A DNA stretch of 64,000 bases from contig JAOACW010000002.1 of NCBI GenBank assembly GCA_026417625.1, forward strand, positions 139,237-203,236. Direction: 5' to 3'. Origin of the DNA: Syntrophales bacterium (lineage in GTDB: Bacteria > Desulfobacterota > Syntrophia > Syntrophales > UBA8958). The notes beneath the pieces are model-generated. The model was not told the origin of the DNA. It searched no databases and saw only the letters and a list, made by a program, of their open reading frames with translations. Position numbers and translations under genes: made by a program. The first letter of the stretch is position 1; each line of letters starts with the position of its first letter. Below, piece after piece: positions 46,435 to 53,648 of the stretch.

Positions 46435-47532
46435 TTACTTAAGAAGATGAACATTTCCTAACCTTACCCTTTTGAGTCCCACTTGCAAAGCCGTTTCACG
46501 ACACTGCTCTGCCTCTTTCCAGCTCATAAGGGGGAGATCCCGAAAAAAGTGGTGCGGAAAAAAGGCAAGGAGCGTGTAGGGTATGTCAGGGTCAAGTTGA
46601 GCTAAAAATCTGGCAATTCCTGCTACTTCTTCCACTCCGACGTATCCTGGAACGAGGAGTGTACTTGCCACGAGGAATGGAGGATCGGGACGTTTTGGGA
46701 TGAATTTTGCGAGATAGGCAAAATTATCCATTGTCTTTTTGTTGCTTACCCCAGAAAGAGTACGGTGGAGGTTTTCGTTTATGGCTTTCAAATCGAATTT
46801 TATGCAACCTCCTGAAATCAGAGAAAGCTCAGCCATTTCGTCGATAAAAGTTTCATGTATGTTTCCGTTTGTTTCCCAGCATAATCGGAGGATTCTCCCC
46901 CTTTTTTTTCTGATAGCAAGCCGGCATACTTCTAGAGCAAAGGGCATCTGTGGGGAAGGGTCTCCCCCGAAGAAACACAGGCAAGCTGTGCGTTCTGTTA
47001 TAGCATCCACCAGTTCCTCGGGAGTGTGTAATTCACTAGGTTCTACGGCCATTGCGTGGTAGCTCCTGTTCTGACAGAAAAGGCAATCGAACGAGCAGCC
47101 TCCAAAAAAAACAGCAAGATTCGTATATCCGCATTCTTTGTTAGGTGTGTATGAATAGTCTGGGTAACCACTTTGTGAACCGGCGGGACACACCCAGTCA
47201 GCCACACAGTTTGTTGGAAGGGGATCATGGTACCAAGTGACGAGGCCCTTTCTGCTGTCCCCTGCAATCACGGCTAGTCGGTTATCTCTGTTCTCTTTGA
47301 GTCCGCAAAACCCCCTTTTTCCAAGTTCTATACAGCAGCGGTTTGGGCAAAGAAAACATGTGACACCACCACTTTCTTTGGGTGGTGTTGCCGGAAGTGG
47401 ATAGCGACTCTGTTTGTGAGTTTTTAGAATTAGTTCTTCTAACTCGGGGCCTGATAGATTTTTGATACAATCGCCGCATATAAGAAGCGACCGTGAGACA
47501 GGATATTTACCGCAGAGCTTACATGTTGCCAT
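46435..47532 (-). CDS. Radical SAM enzyme, activase-like (PflA/AmmeMemoRadiSam-type), with an extra N-terminal zinc ribbon
   Basis: GGCSFDCLFCQN (CX3CX2C), preceded by ..CFLCPNRCCIELGKRGFCGLKENR.. and an N-terminal CKLC..x15..CGDC. Confidence 0.8.
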   Translation of the reverse strand: MATCKLCGKYPVSRSLLICGDCIKNLSGPELEELILKTHKQSRYPLPATPPKESGGVTCFLCPNRCCIELGKRGFCGLKENRDNRLAVIAGDSRKGLVTWYHDPLPTNCVADWVCPAGSQSGYPDYSYTPNKECGYTNLAVFFGGCSFDCLFCQNRSYHAMAVEPSELHTPEELVDAITERTACLCFFGGDPSPQMPFALEVCRLAIRKKRGRILRLCWETNGNIHETFIDEMAELSLISGGCIKFDLKAINENLHRTLSGVSNKKTMDNFAYLAKFIPKRPDPPFLVASTLLVPGYVGVEEVAGIARFLAQLDPDIPYTLLAFFPHHFFRDLPLMSWKEAEQCRETALQVGLKRVRLGNVHLLK

Positions 47533-48370
47533 TTTCTGTACACTTTTTTTGTGATAGAAAGTCCATTACAGCTTTTGTGAACTCTTTTGGATTATCCGTC
47601 ATTACAGGATGGGCTGCCCGGGAAATTTCATGTATGCGGCAGTTCTTAATTAAAGTGCTCATTTTAAAAGCTCCTTCTCTTGTGAGCACCCGACTTTCCT
47701 CTCCTCGTACGATCATTGTGGGGCATTCTATGTATTTTAGATAAGGTCTTAGGTCGTAATTGTCGAAATTGCGGAGCACCTCCCTATGAAAACAGAGACA
47801 GAAGCTGCCGTCTTCCGTCTTTTTTAAATTATGCAAGGCGAATCGAGAAAGGCTCTCTTTTTCTGCGTATGTGCTGTTCTTTTTTAGTATATTGACGTAT
47901 TCTTCTATTGATGAGAAACTTTGTGTTAGCGATAAGTAGAGCTTTTCAAGGTATCGTTTATTCCACACTGGGGGAGCAGGTTCTATGTCTGTGTGTACGA
48001 GTGCTTTCACTTTTTCCGGGAAAAGGGTTGCAAACCGCGTTCCATGAAGTGCCCCCATGGAATGGCCCACAATAACCATTTTTCTCAGTTTTAAATGTTC
48101 GGTGAGTGCGTGGATGTCTGAAATATAATCCTCGCATTTATAAGCGGGTGGATCCGTCCAGTCACTGAGACCGTGACCGCGCTGATCGAGAGCTATAACG
48201 TAATGGGTATCCATGGCACTTTTTGCAAGGTTTTCCCAGATCCAGGCACTGTCTCCAATACCGTGAAGGAGAAGTAAAGGCTCTTTTATGTTTGTACCTC
48301 CTGTTAGATAATGGAGTTTTAGCCGGCCATTTGCGAAGAAATTGCTTCGGAAGATTTGGTCTTTGTTCAT
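47519..48370 (-). CDS. Alpha/beta-fold hydrolase
   Basis: ..LLLHGIGDS.. and the nucleophile elbow ..VGHSMGA... 283 aa. Overlaps the radical SAM start by 14 nt. Confidence 0.85.
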   Translation of the reverse strand: MNKDQIFRSNFFANGRLKLHYLTGGTNIKEPLLLLHGIGDSAWIWENLAKSAMDTHYVIALDQRGHGLSDWTDPPAYKCEDYISDIHALTEHLKLRKMVIVGHSMGALHGTRFATLFPEKVKALVHTDIEPAPPVWNKRYLEKLYLSLTQSFSSIEEYVNILKKNSTYAEKESLSRFALHNLKKTEDGSFCLCFHREVLRNFDNYDLRPYLKYIECPTMIVRGEESRVLTREGAFKMSTLIKNCRIHEISRAAHPVMTDNPKEFTKAVMDFLSQKKCTENGNM

Positions 48371-48391
48371 TTTTACCTTTCTGTAACGGTA

Positions 48392-48422
48392 TTATATATT
48401 GTGAAGGAACTTTGGCAGTCAA
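48392..48422 (-). promoter_or_regulatory. Possible promoter for the hydrolase / radical SAM / acyl-CoA synthetase operon
   Basis: Minus strand TTGACT (48422-48417), then 17-18 nt to ATATAT/TATATA within aatatataat (48400-48391). Confidence 0.4.
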
Positions 48423-48836
48423 TAGATAAAAAATTAAAAAATTTTTAGTCCCTTCAAACATTAAACCCTCTTTACCAACATAGTTTGAATTAGTGGCTAA
48501 GCATTGATATTGCTGCTGATAAAGGATGAAGGTAAAGAATCTGTTTTGGGAAAACCCTCATTTGTTTACTACTCTTAGAGCCTCTTGCTGTTTATATGGG
48601 AGGCCCGTTGAGGTATATTTTACTGACTCGTGTGATTGATATAGACTAAACGGCTCGCTTTAAATAAACCGTTATACTATCTGCCTATAAAAAACTTTTT
48701 TGTAAATTGTTTATCTTTGGGGTTTGAGATACGGAGCTTGAAGTGGTGCATTAATCAGGTTTTATTGTAAAGATGTCTTGACAATGAAGGAAAGTATAAT
48801 CTTATTCAATTCAACGGACAAAAAGGGGGTTCAACT

Positions 48837-50159
48837 ATGGATCGAAAGAAGGTAGCAATTGTGAAATACGAGAAACCATACGAGTCTGTCGAAAAAGTGG
48901 TTAGTCTTTGTAAAGGGCTTGATCATCTACCGCACAATGCAAGGGTCTTTATAAAACCCAATATTGTTTTCTGGACAAAGGTTACGGCGTTTCCCAAATG
49001 GGGAGTTATAACGACGTCTAGGGTTATCGAGGATGTGGTGATAATCCTGAAAGAAATGGGAGTACAAGATATAACAATTGGAGAAGGCACTATCACATAT
49101 GATCCGAAGGATAGAGAAACGCCAGCCCATGCATTCGAAACTCTTGGGTACGGCACACTTAAAAAAAGGTACGGGGTAAGAGTGGTGAATGTTTTCGAAA
49201 GATTCTTCGAAAAGGTTGATTTTGGAGATGGGGTTGTGTTGCGCGTAAATGCCGATGTGCTTCAGAGTGACTTTGTGGTAAATGTTCCAGTCCTCAAAAC
49301 GCATGCCCAGACTGTTGTTAGTCTTGGAATTAAAAATTTAAAAGGATTCCTGGACATCGATTCACGGAGAAGGTGCCACGGCACCGATCCGGCAAAAAAT
49401 CTTCATTATATGATATCCAGACTTCCCTTAAAGCTCCCTCCTACTTTGACTCTTATCGATGGTATCTACTCGAACGAAAGGGGACCCAGTTTTGACGGGA
49501 GAATAAGGAGGACTGACATACTCATTGCTTCCTCAGATATTTTATCAGCTGATATGGTGGGGGCGAAGGTTCTTGGCTACGAACCACGCGAGGTTCCTCA
49601 TTTAGTATATGCTGCAAAAGAATGTAATAGACCGCTGGATCTTTCAGATGTGGAAATACTGGGTGAGAGAATAGATGAGATCGGCTTGCATTATGAGTAT
49701 TCTTTTCCTTACACGGATGATGATTCTCTTCCATCGTCTTTAGCTATGATGGGTATAAAGGGACTTTATTACAGGAAATACGACCTCACTATGTGTTCCT
49801 ATTGTTCAAGAATCAACGCGCTTATACTCCCAGCGATTGCCAGGGCCTGGAAAGGTGAACCTTGGGATGAAGTGGAGGTCCTCACGGGAAAATCCATGAG
49901 GCCCTCCAAAGGTAAAAACAAAACGATACTTCTTGGAAAATGTATGTATCAGGCTAATAAAGACCACCCTGACATAAAAGAATTGATCGCAGTGAAGGGA
50001 TGCCCGCCGAAACTAAACGACATAGTGGAGGCATTTCACAAGGCTGGAATAGATATAGACCCTTCTCTCTTTGATGATATTGATAAATATCCAGGCACAT
50101 TTATGAAACGCTACGAGGGCAAACCAGAATTTGATGAGTCTTTTTTCAGGGTTGTGTAA
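48837..50159 (+). CDS. DUF362 domain protein with a C-terminal Cys cluster
   Basis: ..ARVFIKPNIV.., ..VPVLKTHAQT.. and ..LIDGIY.. are DUF362-like. C-terminal CSYC..x40..C..x20..C. AAGGGGG RBS. Confidence 0.7.
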   Translation: MDRKKVAIVKYEKPYESVEKVVSLCKGLDHLPHNARVFIKPNIVFWTKVTAFPKWGVITTSRVIEDVVIILKEMGVQDITIGEGTITYDPKDRETPAHAFETLGYGTLKKRYGVRVVNVFERFFEKVDFGDGVVLRVNADVLQSDFVVNVPVLKTHAQTVVSLGIKNLKGFLDIDSRRRCHGTDPAKNLHYMISRLPLKLPPTLTLIDGIYSNERGPSFDGRIRRTDILIASSDILSADMVGAKVLGYEPREVPHLVYAAKECNRPLDLSDVEILGERIDEIGLHYEYSFPYTDDDSLPSSLAMMGIKGLYYRKYDLTMCSYCSRINALILPAIARAWKGEPWDEVEVLTGKSMRPSKGKNKTILLGKCMYQANKDHPDIKELIAVKGCPPKLNDIVEAFHKAGIDIDPSLFDDIDKYPGTFMKRYEGKPEFDESFFRVV

Positions 50160-50206
50160 AGGTTCCTTTGTGGCTTGTTTTTGAGTTGAGAAAGCCAAAG
50201 ATTTGA

Positions 50207-50291
50207 TGCCGGAGGTGGGATTCGAACCCACATGACCTCAGGGGTCGGGGGATTTTGAGTCCCCTGCGTCTACCAGTTTCACCACTCCGGC
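50207..50291 (-). tRNA. tRNA-Leu (anticodon CAA)
   Basis: Manual cloverleaf: acceptor GCCGGAG/CTCCGGC, anticodon arm GGGGA-CTCAAAA-TCCCC, long variable arm GACC-CCTGA-GGTC, T arm GTGGG-TTCGAAT-CCCAC, discriminator A. 85 nt. Confidence 0.9.
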
Positions 50292-50303
50292 ACTATATTA
50301 CGC

Positions 50304-50330
50304 ATAATATGGGCCAGGTTAAAAAGTCAA
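50304..50330 (-). promoter_or_regulatory. Possible promoter for tRNA-Leu
   Basis: Minus strand TTGACT (50330-50325), 15-nt spacer (short), TATTAT (50309-50304). It ends 12 nt before the tRNA 5' end. Confidence 0.4.
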
Positions 50331-50407
50331 GGGGGAAATATGCCTTGAAATTTTAAAGAAGTTATTAGTATAAGCTTTACTTTCGAAGTGGTTTGGGATT
50401 TTTGTAA

Positions 50408-50842
50408 ATGGCTATACTAGGAATAGATTACGGTGAAAAGCGAATAGGAGTGGCGATTAGCGATGATATGGGGCTTTGCGCCTTTGCGTTGACTACTATT
50501 CGCAGAGGCAGTAAGCAGAGGGACATCGCTGTAATATGTGAACTAGTAAAGAGTCGTGGTGTAGAGCTTATTGTTGTGGGTTATCCTGTTTGCCTTAACG
50601 GATCGGAGGGCGTGCAATGTCGGAAAATAAAGTCTTTCGCAAAGGAGGTGGAGAAAGCCACGGGCAGAGAGGTGGTTCTCTGGGATGAAACCCTTTCAAC
50701 TTGGGAGGCTTGGGAATTGATGGAGAAAGCGGGTGTAAGGAAGAAAAAACGAAAGGAGGTTGTTGATAGCATGGCTGCCGCGGTCATCCTTCAAGGTTTT
50801 CTTGAAGCCCGCAGGCGAAAAGGTGGGGGTGGTTTTTCGTGA
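50408..50842 (+). CDS. ruvX: YqgF/RuvX putative pre-16S rRNA nuclease (Holliday-junction-resolvase-like)
   Basis: MAILGIDYGEKRIGVAISD.. and ..DETLST... Confidence 0.9.
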   Translation: MAILGIDYGEKRIGVAISDDMGLCAFALTTIRRGSKQRDIAVICELVKSRGVELIVVGYPVCLNGSEGVQCRKIKSFAKEVEKATGREVVLWDETLSTWEAWELMEKAGVRKKKRKEVVDSMAAAVILQGFLEARRRKGGGGFS

Positions 50843-51837
50843 ATTTGCTTAAAAGTAGGGGAATTTTTTACCCTATTTTTTTGGTTTTTATTTTGATGCT
50901 CGTTATTTTAATTGTTTATGCATACGGGCCAGTGTCAAGTGACAGAAAGACTATTCTTATAGAGATCCCTCGAGGGACTAAATTTTTCCAGATAGTAAAT
51001 CTTCTTGATGAGGCAGGGTTAGTTAATAATAGGCCTCTCTTCTGTGTTCTGGTGATTGCTAAGGGTGCGGCACGGAAGATAAGGGCAGGAGAATACGAAT
51101 TTTCCACTTCTATGTCGCCTTTAGAGATCATAGAGAAGCTTCTCGTGGGGGACATAAAGAAGTATAGAATTACAGTGCCTGAAGATCTGAGCTTGAAGGA
51201 AATCGCCGCCCGACTTGCGGCCGAAGGTTTGGTCGATGAAAGTACATTTCTTTATTGGGCATACAACAGGGAATTTATTTCCTCACTGGGAGTGGAAGCG
51301 AATAGCATAGAGGGGTATCTTTTCCCTGATACATATTTTTTTGATAGATCTATGACAGCTCGGGATATAATAAGGACGATGGTAAAGCAGTTCTGGAAAG
51401 TGGCGACACCTGCGCTTAGACAGCGGGCTGAACGGATGGGCATGAGTGTCCACGAGTGGGTCACGTTAGCATCTATTATAGGAAAAGAGACCAGTTACAG
51501 TGCTGAGAAACCTCTCGTATCAGCTGTTTTCCACAACCGGATGAAAAGGGGAATGAAACTTCAGAGTGATCCGACGGCAGTTTATAATATTGACTTTAAT
51601 GGAGTTATCACCAAGACCCATTTGCTTCTTGATCACCCTTACAACACCTACAGGATTTATGGATTGCCTCCTGGACCAATTGCGAACCCTGGACGGGATT
51701 CTCTTTTGGCTGCCCTTTATCCTGCCAAGGTGGATTATCTGTACTTTGTTTCTAATGGAAATGGTTCCCACCGATTCTCATCCACACTTGAAGACCATAA
51801 CCTTGCGGTTCAGAACTATCGATCTCAGAGAAAATGA
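50839..51837 (+). CDS. mltG: Endolytic murein transglycosylase MltG (YceG-like)
   Basis: N-terminal TM helix, with ..LASIIGKET.., ..VFHNRMKRGMKLQSDPT.. and ..YNTYRIYGLPPGPI... Confidence 0.9.
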   Translation: MNLLKSRGIFYPIFLVFILMLVILIVYAYGPVSSDRKTILIEIPRGTKFFQIVNLLDEAGLVNNRPLFCVLVIAKGAARKIRAGEYEFSTSMSPLEIIEKLLVGDIKKYRITVPEDLSLKEIAARLAAEGLVDESTFLYWAYNREFISSLGVEANSIEGYLFPDTYFFDRSMTARDIIRTMVKQFWKVATPALRQRAERMGMSVHEWVTLASIIGKETSYSAEKPLVSAVFHNRMKRGMKLQSDPTAVYNIDFNGVITKTHLLLDHPYNTYRIYGLPPGPIANPGRDSLLAALYPAKVDYLYFVSNGNGSHRFSSTLEDHNLAVQNYRSQRK

Positions 51838-51851
51838 TTTTTAAATTTCCC

Positions 51852-51880
51852 TTGACAAGGTTTTTACTCCCCCCTATAGT
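51852..51880 (+). promoter_or_regulatory. Sigma-70-type promoter of the dcw cluster (Pmra)
   Basis: TTGACA (51852-51857), 17-nt spacer, TATAGT (51875-51880). Confidence 0.65.
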
Positions 51881-51903
51881 GGAGCAAAGTGGATTGTTGT
51901 GGA
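51879..51903 (+). promoter_or_regulatory. Three GTGGA direct repeats at 10-bp phasing (putative MraZ operator)
   Basis: GTGGA at 51879-51883, 51889-51893 and 51899-51903, separated by exactly 5 nt. The array spans from the -10 hexamer to the mraZ RBS. Confidence 0.6.
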
Positions 51904-51913
51904 GGACAATCCC

Positions 51914-52360
51914 GTGTCTACATTCCGGGGGCAGTACTATCATACCATTGATGAAAAGGGCCGTATAATCTTTCCCTCTCGTTTTCGTGAGGTGCTCTCA
52001 GAGAAGTATGATAACCGTCTCGTCATAACTAAATGGGACGGATATCTCATGGTGTTTCCCTACGATGAGTGGCGGATCATTGAGGAGAAAGTGGCGCACC
52101 AGTCCATTTTGCGAAAGGAGATCCGTTCATTTCAGCGTTTCTTCATGTCTGGAGCTGTGGATTGTGCCCTCGATTCTCAGGGGAGGGTCCTCATTCCTTC
52201 AAACTTCCGAGAATATGCAGGCCTGGACAGGGATGTGGTTCTTGTAGGTATGCTTAGGGTCATTGAGATATGGAGCAGGGGCCGTTTTGAAGAGGAAATG
52301 CGGAAGATAGGTGAAAATATGGATTTGCTTATGAATTTTTTGAATAGCATTGGCATTTGA
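51914..52360 (+). CDS. mraZ: Transcriptional regulator MraZ
   Basis: MSTFRGQYYHTIDEKGRI.. and a second ..DSQGRVLIP.. repeat. GGAGG lies 8 nt upstream of GTG 51914. The track start 51899 lies within the RBS/operator. Confidence 0.92.
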   Translation: MSTFRGQYYHTIDEKGRIIFPSRFREVLSEKYDNRLVITKWDGYLMVFPYDEWRIIEEKVAHQSILRKEIRSFQRFFMSGAVDCALDSQGRVLIPSNFREYAGLDRDVVLVGMLRVIEIWSRGRFEEEMRKIGENMDLLMNFLNSIGI

Positions 52361-52373
52361 ATGGTACGCTAAG

Positions 52374-53306
52374 ATGGGTGATTTCCATGTACCTGTTCTG
52401 CTTGAAGAGGTGGCTTACTACCTTAATTGTCGAAGTGAAGGGATATACGTTGATGGTACTGTTGGGGGTGGAGGACATGCTCACAAGATTCTGGAAATGT
52501 CGGCTCCAAATGGGAGACTCATTGGTATAGACCTTGACGAAGATGCTCTGAAAACCGCTGAGAGAAATCTTAAAAAATTTGGCGATAGGGTGACTTTAAT
52601 CAGAGGTAACTTTGCCGATGTGGAAGATATCCTGGGCAGGTTAAACATTTTTCGGGTTGACGGTGTTCTTCTCGACCTCGGTCCTTCTCTGCATCAACTT
52701 ACATCACCAGAACGGGGTTTTGGCTTTTCCGTGGATGGTCCTCTGGATATGCGAATGGACAGGAGGAGTCGACTAACGGCGAAGACGATAGTTAACAGAT
52801 TTGGTATTGAGGAGCTGGAGGAGATAATTTGGAGATACGGTGAGGAAAGGATGGCTGCAGAAATAGCACAAGCTATAGTCAAAAAGAGGGAAACTTCGCC
52901 CATTGAAACCACGAAAGAGCTGAAAGAACTGATCATGTCAGTTTTGCGAACAGGGGCGAAGAGATCCATTAATCCGGCAACGAAAACATTTCAGGCTTTG
53001 CGTATCGCCGTAAATAGGGAACTGGAGAATCTGAAGAAGGCCATCCCTGCCTGGATAGAAGCTCTTAATCCGTCGGGTAGAATGGTTATCATTTCCTATC
53101 ATTCCCTTGAGGATCGTATTGTTAAGGAAGTTTTCACTTTTTACTCCAAGGATTGCGTCTGTGCCCCACGCATTCCTCATTGTATATGTGGTCACAGTAG
53201 AAAAATAAGATTGATAACGAGAAAACCCGTTCGCCCTACGGACGAAGAAGTGCAACGTAATCGCAGGGCTCGAAGTGCAAAGTTAAGAGCCTCAGAGAGA
53301 GTCTAG
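52374..53306 (+). CDS. rsmH: 16S rRNA (cytosine1402-N4)-methyltransferase RsmH
   Basis: ..HVPVLLEEV.., ..DGTVGGGGH.. and ..DLGPS... ATG 52374 gives the usual N-terminus, whereas track start TTG 52350 overlaps mraZ. Confidence 0.93.
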   Translation: MGDFHVPVLLEEVAYYLNCRSEGIYVDGTVGGGGHAHKILEMSAPNGRLIGIDLDEDALKTAERNLKKFGDRVTLIRGNFADVEDILGRLNIFRVDGVLLDLGPSLHQLTSPERGFGFSVDGPLDMRMDRRSRLTAKTIVNRFGIEELEEIIWRYGEERMAAEIAQAIVKKRETSPIETTKELKELIMSVLRTGAKRSINPATKTFQALRIAVNRELENLKKAIPAWIEALNPSGRMVIISYHSLEDRIVKEVFTFYSKDCVCAPRIPHCICGHSRKIRLITRKPVRPTDEEVQRNRRARSAKLRASERV

Positions 53307-53641
53307 TGATGGATATGAACCAGTTTTTTAGCAAATCTCACTTTTCATATTTGTATAACCCTCTTAGAGGTTTATCTGTATCAAGATGGGTTTTTTTAGC
53401 TTTGCTATTTATGTCGGTATTCCTCCTTTACGTATGGAGTCACGTAAACATGACGCGATTGGAGTACAAAATTGCGGAGGCAATGGAGGTTCAAGTTGCA
53501 CTCCTTGAGGAGCAGAAGAGGTTAAAACTAGAAATCGCCCGTTTAAAATCGCCGCGGCGTATCAGTGCTATTGCTCAGGAAAGACTAGGGCTTGGGCCTC
53601 CTTCACAGGATCAGATTATCCTGATCAGGTCAAAGGAGTAG
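53306..53641 (+). CDS. ftsL: Cell-division protein FtsL
   Basis: 111 aa with a single TM helix followed by a coiled coil, in the conserved position between rsmH and ftsI. Confidence 0.75.
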   Translation: MMDMNQFFSKSHFSYLYNPLRGLSVSRWVFLALLFMSVFLLYVWSHVNMTRLEYKIAEAMEVQVALLEEQKRLKLEIARLKSPRRISAIAQERLGLGPPSQDQIILIRSKE

Positions 53642-53648
53642 GTTTAAA

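Noticed and set aside
48526-48639. 37-codon Cys-containing ORF as a RiPP precursor for the nearby radical SAM enzyme
   Set aside because: It is on the opposite strand from the radical SAM operon. The SD-like AAAGG abuts the ATG with no spacer, and it has no recognisable leader or core pattern. It is kept only as a note within the intergenic-region finding.
48778-48800. TTGACA...TATAAT upstream of DUF362 as a promoter
   Set aside because: Both hexamers are perfect, but the spacer is only 11 nt, which is incompatible with a normal sigma-70 promoter. It is not reported as a feature.
50166-50200. Imperfect hairpin (ctttgtggctt..aagccaaag) between DUF362 and tRNA-Leu as a bidirectional terminator
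   Set aside because: The stem needs a bulge, the loop is 15 nt, and no U-tract follows on either strand.
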